A DNA stretch of 64,000 bases from Spongospora subterranea f. sp. subterranea. Lineage: Eukaryota. The translations under genes were made by a program, and so were the position numbers. The notes under the pieces were generated by a model that was not told where the DNA came from, ran no database searches, and was given only the letters and a program-made list of their open reading frames with translations. Below are positions 38,647-49,600 of the stretch, piece after piece (position 1 is the stretch's first letter; each line of letters starts with the position of its first letter). The stretch is taken from NCBI GenBank assembly GCA_049724395.1, contig JAUGWO010000033.1, positions 62,001-126,000 on the forward strand, read 5' to 3'.

Positions 38647-40202
38647 GGTCGTGGGCGGCGGGCGGGCGGGTGGAGGGAAATGGCCTGAACCGGATGGCGA
38701 TAATATTGCCAGGTCGGGAACAGAGTCTGAGACGGTCAGCGGGAGATGTGACATGAGGTGTAATCGGTGATCGATCATGATCATTTCTTTGGACCTGGGA
38801 TACTCCACATACTGACCCAACGACCGGTTCCAGGTTCTCCTTGAGAACCTCAAACAACAGCCAGCGTCGTCGTCAACGCCGATGATGCAATTCCTCGGCG
38901 CTCGCTGCTGCTTATGCCGGATATTGGGCCAAAAGGGGCGGCGGGAGGTGTGGGGCGAAATTGAACCGGTCTGGCCAATCACTGCTGCCCTGAATTCGTC
39001 GGTCGGCAGCGATCGTGGTGATTCACCGTTCGTACCCATTGACGGCTGGTACACAGAGGTCATCAATGACCCTGGCCGGATTGGTGATGCGATCCCCGTT
39101 CCCCTCATCGCCATTCGGTCCACACTGTTGATTGTTTACTCAATGAGAACCTGTTCCTAATCAACATCGGTTAACGTTGATGGGGGTTTTGTTGTTTTTC
39201 ATCACAGAATTTGTCGATTTAGCTCCGTATCCGACGATTGTGATTCGAAATCGTCTGGAATTCATGGTCGCCACGAATGACGCGATTCAACGGCCCCGAC
39301 GTCCAGTAATGGTGATTTCGAACCACAACCGGCAGATTTGTACTTTCGTAATGATTAGGGGCGACTACCCCCTTGCTTGTGTTAGCAATGAACACGGTAC
39401 CAATTCGTGAAGGACGAGGTCGAGGGGATACCTCCATGGGAAACTGCCATCAAGACGCGCCGAACGAAACCCGACCATGGGAACTCGATCATCGGCACTG
39501 GTGACCGGGGAAGCGCATTGGGCACGATTGAGAAGTGCTTTGAAAGGGGGAGAGATGGGAAAACGTACTTGGTCTCCCTTGATCTGCACGAACGCGATCA
39601 TCATCGCTATTGTGTTCACCCGAATACTGCACCTACCTAGCCGTCTCTATCTGAGATTCTCTAAAAACAGAAATCCAAAAAGTTGAGATCTCAATTCGAA
39701 CCGACCGCCTAAAACCAACGGCCAGGGCAAACGTTCTCCACCCCAGACGTAATAGAACACACATATTCAATCGCTAAACACAAATCCAGCGACTACTGGA
39801 AGGTTTTGCCCTGGAATGCATCGCCTGTGGGCGGTGCTATTCGCTCATAACGCCTTAGGTGCTGTATTCGGGTGATGAGCTGTTAGGTCGATATAACTTA
39901 TCTCGTTCGACAATTAGTAATTTGCAGTTGAATCCAACTGGTGAAAGCAGGTCATGTTGGCTGATTTTCGGAAAAAACAAAAGTTTTAATTGAATGGCGA
40001 TGTGAATGAGGTGCCGAGCACTGGTGATTCCAACTGTGAATGGGATGATCTCGCAATGACCCAACATCAGGGCGCAGAGAGTTGACCAGATCCAGTCTGA
40101 TCGCCATTGATCCTATCGATCTCGACCGTTGGACCAGAGACGCGTGCCCCCCGTTGTTGCCTTATTGAGACGCGCTAAACCCCTCCGGTTCATGTTCTGA
40201 CG

Positions 40203-40782
40203 ATGATGGCGCGTTCGCCAGGGATGTTCCTGGTTCGGGTCCTACTGCTGACGCCGCTGTCGCAGGCATTCGCCTACTCCTGCTACGAGAGCAGCGACGA
40301 ACCGTCGGGGACCGTTGTAGATTGCCAGGGACTGACGTTGTGCCATTTCCGCGCCAAATACATGGACGATGGTGTGAGCCAGACCTCCTGGCGGCGCAAT
40401 TGCGAATTAGCGGCCGATGCCAACAAGGACATCGTCAACCAAGTACAGCAATGGAACGAGCACCCCGCAAGGATAATCGAATATTTCTGCAATACGTCGA
40501 ACTGCAATGAAAGTAAAGTGTTCAATACAGGGGCGAATTTCTCGATTTCCCAATCTGATATTCGGCTGTCGTGTTTCTGTTGTAGTTGAACCGGTCTCCG
40601 TATGCAGTGGAGCGTCGGCGCCAAACTGCTGCACGAACGGTAGTCGATGCACGTACAGCGTCCTAGATCCCCAGTTCCACGTCGCCAAGGACAGCGGCCC
40701 GAAGGCGCTGGGGATGGCGATCATCCCCTCCCTAATAACGACGTCGGCCGTGATAACGGTGCTGATGATGTTCGCTTTATGA
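40203..40782 (+). CDS. Small secreted Cys-rich protein with a C-terminal GPI-anchor-like signal (Ly6/uPAR-like motif ends)
   Basis: Signal-like MFLVRVLLLTPLSQAFA, then YSCY...C...C...RRNC...FCNTSNCN. Intron 40513-40585 (GT-AG) joins to VCSGASAPNCCTNGSRC and a hydrophobic tail with no cytoplasmic extension. Confidence 0.75.
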
Positions 40783-40847
40783 TGAATAAATGGATCTGTG
40801 ACCCCTTTTTGGCCACGTGTGTGTGTTTTTTGAGCCAACAAACTCGT

Positions 40848-41925
40848 TCACGTGGAGAATATGGAAATCGTCCTGGCGCCGATCAATCGGTGGACGATTT
40901 GCAACGACGATTCTTCGGATGAGAGATCTCGCGCTTCCTGAATCGAAATCCACTGGCGAAGACGGCTATTTGGTGCTACAGATATAGTTTCCTGCAATTT
41001 TTCGAGGTCCCGAGGGCGCGCAAGGATGGTGATTCGCGAGCCTAACCCAAGCGGATCATCCCGGGGAACGCCATTCGACCCATGTTCGACGGCCACAGCG
41101 CCGATGATGTCGGGGAGAACCTTGAACCATCGGGCGAACAACCTGTTGAGGTGATTGACAGAGAGCGCCGACAGACGTTCGATCGGAAATACCTCTGCGA
41201 TGCGAATCCGATCGTCTCCCCAGCGCGATAGTCGGGGAACGTCACGGGGAGGCGCCAGGGCGAGTCCTCAGACGAGCGGACGACGAAGAGTTTGTCATCG
41301 GCGACCAGACCGACCTGAACGAACAGGTGCTCTAGAACTACAGGTGCGATATTGGGCTGGAACGAGAACGATGGCGATAAATCAGAGACAATGGGAGATA
41401 TCGTGTTGGTGATATCGTTCGACAGGAGCTCGATCTCGCCGGATTTCAGAGCCGAATAGTCGAACCATTTCCAGCGCAGGTCCCGGGACGGATCGGTGTG
41501 CGAGTCGTCACCGGTGATATCGCCGATCACAACATATCGAACATAGTTTCGGGAAAGCGACGGGAAGTTCTCAATCGACACGAGACGCGCGTTGACCAGT
41601 TCCAGGGCCGATTCCTGAGCGAGGTGACGTCGGGCGGCGGTGACGATATCCTCGCCAGGATTCACTTCACCGGATGCGACATACCAGACCTGGACAAGCG
41701 AACGGTTTCAGCGTCGACAGAATCAGATTTGCTCTGATTCCAAACCGGTTCACTTGCGTCGCCAGAATTGGTCAACAGGACGCCCTTTTCACGATCAACG
41801 ACCACGACGGCGACTTCGACGGAGCTATCATCATGAGGCGCGCCAACTTTGATCGGGTCTCTTCCCTCCTCCAGCCTCTCGAATTCGGTCAGAACGGGGA
41901 TTGTCGACAAATCCAGGATCGACAT
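40848..41925 (-). CDS. NUDT18-like tandem Nudix-fold protein with a degenerate Nudix box
   Basis: VAVVVVDREKGVLL...VWYVASGEVNPGEDIVTAARRHLAQESAL...LVSIE...YVRYVV, then a second Nudix-like unit (WRLPVTF...GETIGFASQRLF...AVEH). Two introns, the first GC-AG (41690-41757). Confidence 0.72.
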
Positions 41926-42770
41926 GTTGTCAGAATTACGGTTGAGAGACCCAACCACCCAACCGACCAGACCAACTCCACTGTGTATTACCGTAACATA
42001 GGAAAGTCCGTGATTGAATTTAACGGGAAAGAGTCGATTGAAATGCGGCGAATGGGGATCGGCGAATGGAAATCGGCAAATGAGACTTATATGTCGGATC
42101 GGGCATGGCATTAGATGCGGCGTGAGAGCTTCCAAAAGGCTTCGAGTGGGTTTCCGGATCATTTCCGCTGACTGCTGTATTTTTATATTTGTTTGCAAGT
42201 TCAGCTGCGGTTGAATGAAATAGGCGTACCTACTACTGTCATTTCTTCAAAATAAAGCGATACTTCCCGGGCCTGCATTGGATCCTGCGGTGCTGCCGGT
42301 GCAAATAAAAACCCACATGTGGGCAATGTTTTATACGCTGTGTTGCGTTCTGCGATTGATAATGATGTATCGTCACTGTCGTTGTGATTGTATCATCCCG
42401 CGCCCCCGCGACTCCCTTCCTAAACGGCAATGGGTTGGGGCGGTCGCCGATCGGAAGTTGACCGCAATCGATGGGATGAGCGGCCCCCTGTAAATGAGCG
42501 ACCCCATTACCGTTACCTCCCCTGTCATCTCCTCCGTTTCATCCCCAGCTACACTGAATCCCCCACCCACCCCCAATCACCCCACCCGCTACGCAGCTCT
42601 TCAGCTCGTCCGTCGCTGTCAGCGGCTGCGTCGACCAGAGCCCCGAACTCACTCCCGCTGAATAATCCATCCACTCGGGCTGTGGTAGACAGCCGCAGCG
42701 CACTCTCTTTATCACTCTTTCTCATTTTGATTGTTGCAATAACATCACAACCGCTCCGGATCGCCAGGCC

Positions 42771-45700
42771 ATGGAGACCGTTGCTTTTGCCAAATTGCTT
42801 GGGGATAATAATTTTGTCCATTATGTGACCACAGAAAATGTGACGTTGGGCCGTCAGGCCGGGGCTGCCGACATTGTACTTGGTGACAATAAAAACATGT
42901 CGGTGATTATCTTTCACCTAAATGATACGTATTGACGGAATTTGTCCCATTAGTTCTCGTTGCCATGCTAGAATAACCTACAATCGAGAAAAAGCAAGTT
43001 TTGAGTTGCAGTGCATGTCGAAAAACGGCGCCTTTGTGGATGGGGAGTTTATTGGACCTACAAATGCTGCTACTGTTCTGAGGAGCAAAGCGCTGATACA
43101 GGTTGTATTCGATGTATTTGGTTTCAAATTCTGCTGTTAAATTCCATTAGATTGGCCCTCGGTTGATCTACTTTTTACTTCCGAAAACGAACGTCGCTCC
43201 ACTCAGCGGCAGTGATGACGACGAAGGCAGCGCTACTTCTAGAGGAGCACCGCAGGGTATCAAGATCAGCAATACGGGAACGTCGGTTGGCAAAAAATGG
43301 AGCAGAACCTCTCGGGAACGGGTTCGATGTGCCCTCATGCGCTATGGGCAAGTCGATATTGCCTGGTGTGGATGTTGATTTAATGATGATTTGGAACAGG
43401 TTCGGAAGGTGGGATGCCTTATCAGAAGCGTTAGATGATCGTGATTATTCGCTTGCTAACCTGCAACTTTACGCATCTCAACTGGTGCAACAACTTGTGG
43501 AAAATTGTGATGATGCCAGTTTGCGAGCCGGGCTGCTTGACATCTTGCAGTCAGCTCCAGTCGAGTTATCCAGTCCGGAATCCCCAGAACCGTCTTTGGC
43601 AGGATGGACCTCATTACAGAAAAATGTCAAAAAATGGAGCACGCGGCTGATCCTGTTATACGTGGGTTTCAGTTTTTCTTGGAAATCGAGTCGTTTGAAC
43701 GGGATTCCTTTAGGAATTGAAAGTTGCAATGGAATTGTTTGGTGAAGCTCGCCTCCTTGACTGTGTTGGACCTATCAAAGGTAGACGGCAGTGTTTATTC
43801 GCCGGATTGTTTTCTGATACCTCATCAAGGTCGATCACTTGGCGGTCATTGGGATCGCCAGGAGGACTTGGACCTTTGTGCTGGAATATACAGACATGGC
43901 TTCGGAGAATTCAACGCGATTCTAAACGACGAAACTCTTTGCTTTAAAGGAAAGTGGGCAGTGAGACAAGGTTGGTTCAGCACTTTTAATTTGATTGCTG
44001 TACTTATGCGTGGTGGCATAGATTCAAAAGACGGCGATGAAGACGATGATGCTGTCTCGCAAACCATTGCTGACTCGGTGACGAAAGACGTGGTCATGCA
44101 AGATGCTCAAAATGAGTCGGGCGTACCTTCTGAAACAATTCCAGATCAACATATTCTTCCTGAGTGGCCTCAACATTTAGCGTTGATTGGTCGTTTGAAA
44201 CGGATTCTTGATCTACTTCGAATCAAACGAGGAAAGCATGCTGCTTCCTTCAAAACTGGCAAAAAAAGGAAAAATCTCGCGGATTTTAATTCGGAAGACA
44301 AAAAACGAGTGAGAATGTTTCTTTTCTTCGTTTTCTTAGAGCTTAGCAGCCATGGTTAGGCAAAACCTGCGAAAAAATTGACTGCCAAAAAGTCTAGCGC
44401 CAAAGGTGACGCCATTCCTGGATGGACTCGCAAGGATCAAGTAGTTTTCTCTGTTCGAGTTCAAACGGTCTAATGTCTGAGGATTCGTTTAGGCGTCTTT
44501 CCAGCGTGGCATTATCGCTTCTGGCAAACCTGAGAAATGGCACTACTTTCGCCAAGCACAACCGGGACTTTCATCAAAATCAGATGAGGATCTCGAGTTG
44601 TATTATTCTAAGTTTTATAAGTGCTGTTGATCGTGTCATCGTCAGTTTGTGTTTGCTGTAAAATTCACGAAGTGGTGATGTGTGTAATCGATCAGGTACA
44701 TACCGACGCGCCAGAACCTGAACCCAGCGTGGCTGCGTCTATCGATGAAGCTTTCGCATTTACTTTTGGAGTTGCTGTTAAAATCAAGGAACGAATCAAT
44801 TTGTCAGCTTTTTTTCGACCGCGGTGTTTTGCTTTTTAATTGTGTTTCTCAGGTTTCAAACGTTACGAGACCGCCTTGCGCTTGATAAAGAGCAAATCTC
44901 CAATAATTTTCCGGTTCCAGATGTATCTTTTGTCGATTGGTCGCCAAACTGGTCACCCAAACACGATTATGGCATGCTTGTTGGACTTTTGAAGTATGGC
45001 CTCGGGTCCTGGCCATTAATTTGGGCTGATCTTGAGTTACCGTTTGCGTCGGCAAACATTCCAGTACCCTCAGATTCCAAAATGCTTGTCAAACGTGTCC
45101 AGGTAATCCACGATTTACAGGCATTGTTGTTTCCGCTTATTTTTCGTTGTAGCAAATTCTTGCAAAAAATCAATCTGGAGCTCGATGTCTCAGCAATCAA
45201 ATCCAAATACGCACCGCGCAACCCCAGTCAAAGTAATATTCCTTCTGGTGTCTTTTATACCGGTTTACTTACATCGAATGTTCAGAAACTTCAGAAATAT
45301 GTACTCAGCCTACGTATGGACCGGATGGTTCTCCTATTTTGCCAATTCAAATTACATCAAGCCTCAGGTTATTGAGCCTAGGTATTTTGCAATACCGATT
45401 TCAACGTGGTCACATTTTAACTGGATTTCAGGTGTTGTTCCTCCAGGGAGGAATGCGCGAGATGGGAAGCACGTGTTTCCTATAGGATTTCAGTCAGGTT
45501 CGTTCCGATTTCTTACAATGCTTTTTTTATTAACAACCGCCTCGTGTTTTAGAACGAGATTACCCATCGTTGGCGGATCCGTCACATCGTTGTAAATATT
45601 TATGTGAAATTATCAGTGTTAATGGGCAAGTCAACTTTCGTGTCACATGCGCGCATCTCCCCGACGAGCCGATTGTTGCAGAAAAACCCACCCTTGTGTG

Positions 45701-46267
45701 GAAACAAATTGAGACGAGGTATACTGCCACCCTCTTAGTATGATTTTATTCTAAACGCGCTTCAGACTGGATACACAACGCTCCACATCTCGTAAGCGGT
45801 CGACCATCAACGGCATGGAGAAATTTGGTCTGAACCATCCTTTGGTGACGTCCCTCATACTTGACGGGTCCAATTCAGGAGCGAATAAGCCAGAAGCATC
45901 TCAACTGGATAATCTGGCTCAAGCTTCGGGTAAAATCGTTTGAATCACAAGTCGGATAAACCATCTCACCACAGTTCTGTAGTAGAAGCGTTCGCTGTTC
46001 TTGAGCCTTCTCAATCGCCGTCGCTGTATGTTTAAGTCACTTTGTGAGTCGTTATATTTGCTCATAGAGGTTGTCTGCAGAAATGAAGCGGGGCCAATTC
46101 ATGACTCTCATAACCAAATGGAGGTAGAATCTTATTCACTCAGTGGGGAAGACGAAGATGATGAAGCAGGCGAAGATGACGATGATGATCCAGAATCGAG
46201 CGACATCGATGTGGAAAGTGACAGCGATGAAAGCGATGATCCCGCCCAATCATTTAGTGAATTATAA
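42771..46267 (+). CDS. Nuclear protein with FHA domain, duplicated CHD-type SANT/SLIDE-like modules, FYRN/FYRC and an acidic tail
   Basis: METVAFAKL...VTLGR...ISRCHARI...MSKNGAFVDG (FHA); LMRYGFGRW, WDRQEDLDLCAGIYRHGFGEF and WSPKHDYGMLVGLLKYGLGSW (CHD C-terminal-like); LRLLSLGVV...VFPIGFQSERDY...CKYLCEI and INGMEKFGLNHP (FYR). Confidence 0.8.
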
Positions 46268-46607
46268 CCTATCTTTATAAAGTTATTCAGTTAATAATCA
46301 CGATAACATGTTCTGTGGCGGAGTTAACCCCAATCATAGTCCGAACGCTGGAGAAAAGAGCGACGCGTAATTGATCCTAATCAGACAAAACACAGGGTCT
46401 GGTGGAATCGGTGTTTGAACTGAGGATCGTGCTGCGTTCGATACTACCACCTCTACCACTGGGCGCCGCACGAGACTGACTGGGGCCACGTGGTTGATTC
46501 GATACTGGCGAGACCTCTTCATAACACAATCATCATCCCGAACAGCGGCACAACCTTAGCGGGCTCGGCGCTATTCGCCATTCATCCTTCTGCTCTGGCC
46601 AAGCGCC

Positions 46608-49600
46608 ATGGCCGCTTGTTCCATCTGCGATAAGGATATTGCAAAAACAGACGAAATAGTATCTCGCCCTTGCTGCCAAGGTACATTTTAGTCGTTTCGT
46701 GTTTTGCGGTTATATAAATACTCAACACACTTTCTCGATATCCCATGTGTTTGACCAGAATACGTATCGATTGCGCTACCTCTAATTTATCATTTAGCGA
46801 CCGTTCATAGTAGCTGTATTCAAGGCTATGTATCTTATGCTCACAGTTCGGGTAATCCCAGCCCATCTTGTCCAATATGCAGGCAGCAGGTTAGCTGGAG
46901 TGAATTCATCGTTTTTGATTTGCTTATTTCACCACAGGCCGCCGATTTGAAGTCCAATATTGAAAGGGCAGGGTCATTACTCAATAAGTTTAATCGCTCG
47001 GTTTCAGCGCGGTCAACATGGTTTTGTTTTCTCCTTTCTATTGTTGGGCTTATTGCAGAACTTCAGATCTTCGAACGACTCGGAAAGCTCACCGCACAGA
47101 GTAAGTGCGCTGTCGTCGCCCAAATCTCATCATGTTCTGCATGCCGAAGAAGTTGTTCAAGTTGCTGAAAATCGGTAATATTTGCCATGTACGCATTACT
47201 TGCTTTTCTTCAACATTCGCCAGGCTCGCTGAAAGGGATAAACGTGCCTCTGAAAGGGCTGAAGCTCGAGCGCAAACCATTGCCGACGATCAAATCCGCT
47301 CAGACAAACGAAAGGAGAAGCAAGCCTCACCCCGCGATGTTTCCCCGTCTGTTGCTTCTTTCAAAACAAACTATCTCAGTTTTGGAAGATAAATTACGTT
47401 CACGCTCTCTGGAGTTTGAGAAGGTATTTTCGCAGACTTTTCGTGAAGCTTTGTGGACCAACAGAAATATCTGTGCAGAAACTGCAGGATGAAGTTAAAC
47501 TCCGTCAAGATTTTGAGCGGAAACTGAAGTCGCTTACTAACCGCACTCAACAACTGGAACATTCAGAACAGACCCTATTAGCCAAAGTAAGCTGATTGTT
47601 TACGCTTTTCATCAAATTTACAGTCATTCAGCTGGAAATTGAAGAAACCGAGCATGCGTCGTGCAAATCTAAACTGATGTCATTAGAATCCAACGTCCTT
47701 CTTAATGAATCCCGTTTTGAAAGTTTAGAGCAAACCAATAGATCACTTGAAGAGATGACAGATTCTTTGAGAAGTATTTCGTTTTTTTCATATATACTAC
47801 ATCTATCTTATTGCGGTTCAGAATCTTTGGATTCTTCTCAACAAGCTTACGATGACGAGGTCGAACGGTCAAAATACCTCTCCGAGCAGCTGTCCGGCGA
47901 GCTTCATGCTGTTCAAGGTCTCTATGAAACGGCGTCTGATTCTTTGAAAGGTTTTTATTCGTGTGGTCTGGGTTTCCTTGTCACTTATTCACTGGTAAAT
48001 GTCGTCAGAGACTCTAGCTTCGCAAGACGAGCTCCAAAAGGAACACGAAGTACTCATTGATCAGTGTGCTGAGTTAACGACCCAACTGGACCAAAGCCAA
48101 AGCGAATATAAGAGATTATCTGAATCTTTAAATGGTTTTATGGTCGTTTCAGTATTAGTTGACGACGATCTAACATTGACTTGTAGATTCTATGTCTAAT
48201 GCGGAAGATGAATATAAAAATAAGATTGCTGATCTCGAAATGAAATGCCAACAGCTCACACTTCATGCAACGGATGCTACTAACAAACTTACTGAATCCA
48301 TCAAAAGTGAGAAACTGGTCGGAGAACGGTGCTCAGCGCTGGTTGCGGAGAATCAAAGGTTGAAGCACTCAACCAGCCAAGCCGAAGGACTTAAAGCGGA
48401 GACTCGCGATCTCAAATCACAAATTTCTAAAGCACTTGACGATGCTCGGGAATCTGCACAACGTTTTCTCGAAAAAGAATTGGAGGAAGCGAAGCTACTT
48501 CTTATTGTTGAAAAGGCAAATAGGGAATTATCTGATTGTGAAGCGTTGCTTGAAGAGCAAAACAAAAATTTCAAAGTTGTTTCTGAAGAGAAGGAGGCAC
48601 TCGAACAAAAGCTGGAATCGTTACAACAGTCGTCAGATGAAGGTGAAGTAAGGTGTAATGCGGCATTAGAATCCGTGAAGAGTATTCAAGATCGCCTTGC
48701 CGCGCTGACCAGCCAGTCTGAAGAGGAATGTCGGGCTACTTCTCTATTGAACGCCCAGCTTGAACAGCGATTAGACGAATCTGAAAGCCAATGTCGGAAC
48801 TTCTTTAATACCATTCAGTCGTTCGAGGCACAGCTTGCTACCTTAACAGCATCGCTTGATTTTGCCGAGAAAAAATTTCAATCTGCTTCTGAGAGCAACG
48901 AAACGCTATCTCAAAAATGTGAAGATTTGAAATTCAAGTCCGATTCTTTTGAAGAGAGCTGCTCAATATTGGATTTGCAAGTTAAAAAGCTGTCTGCAAT
49001 TAACTCTGACCTTGAGGCGTCTTTGTCCGATGCTAATTCAAGGTCAAACGATCTCGAGAACAAGTATCAATGTCTTGTGGAGCAGTCCGAATGTCGCGAA
49101 ACAGAATTCGAACGTAGCCTATCCGAGCTTCGTAACTTGAAAGATGCCCTTGATCAAGAGCACGATCTGTTGAAGGCATCCAGTGAAGAACTTGTGGCCA
49201 AATGCGACTCAATCAGCCGAGAACGGGATGAAAACGCTTTTGAAATTGAGGATTTGAAGGTTTGTAGGGTTTGTCGAACAGTCTCATTTGGTAAAGTTTT
49301 CGTCCAGGCGCGACTATTGGACGAGAGTAACCAAGTTGCCGAATTGAGGGGACAACTGGAACAATCGGCTGCTCAGTTGCAAGCAGCTGCCGATATGTTC
49401 TCTTCTGAAATGAGCGACCTGAAACTCAAATCTGATGATGATCATGCGAAAATTACGGCTCTTAGTGGTAAAAGTTGCTGTGTAAACATATATCAGCGTT
49501 ACTAAAACCTTCATGCAGAGTCTTTGGCAGAATCCTGCTCCTCATTTGAAGCCGTTCGTCTTGCCCTTGAGAACGCCAAGGAGCAGCTGGATATACGCAC

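Noticed and set aside
36204..39160. Long + strand ORFs over the PI3K gene
   Set aside because: They are antisense shadows of a GC-rich coding strand.
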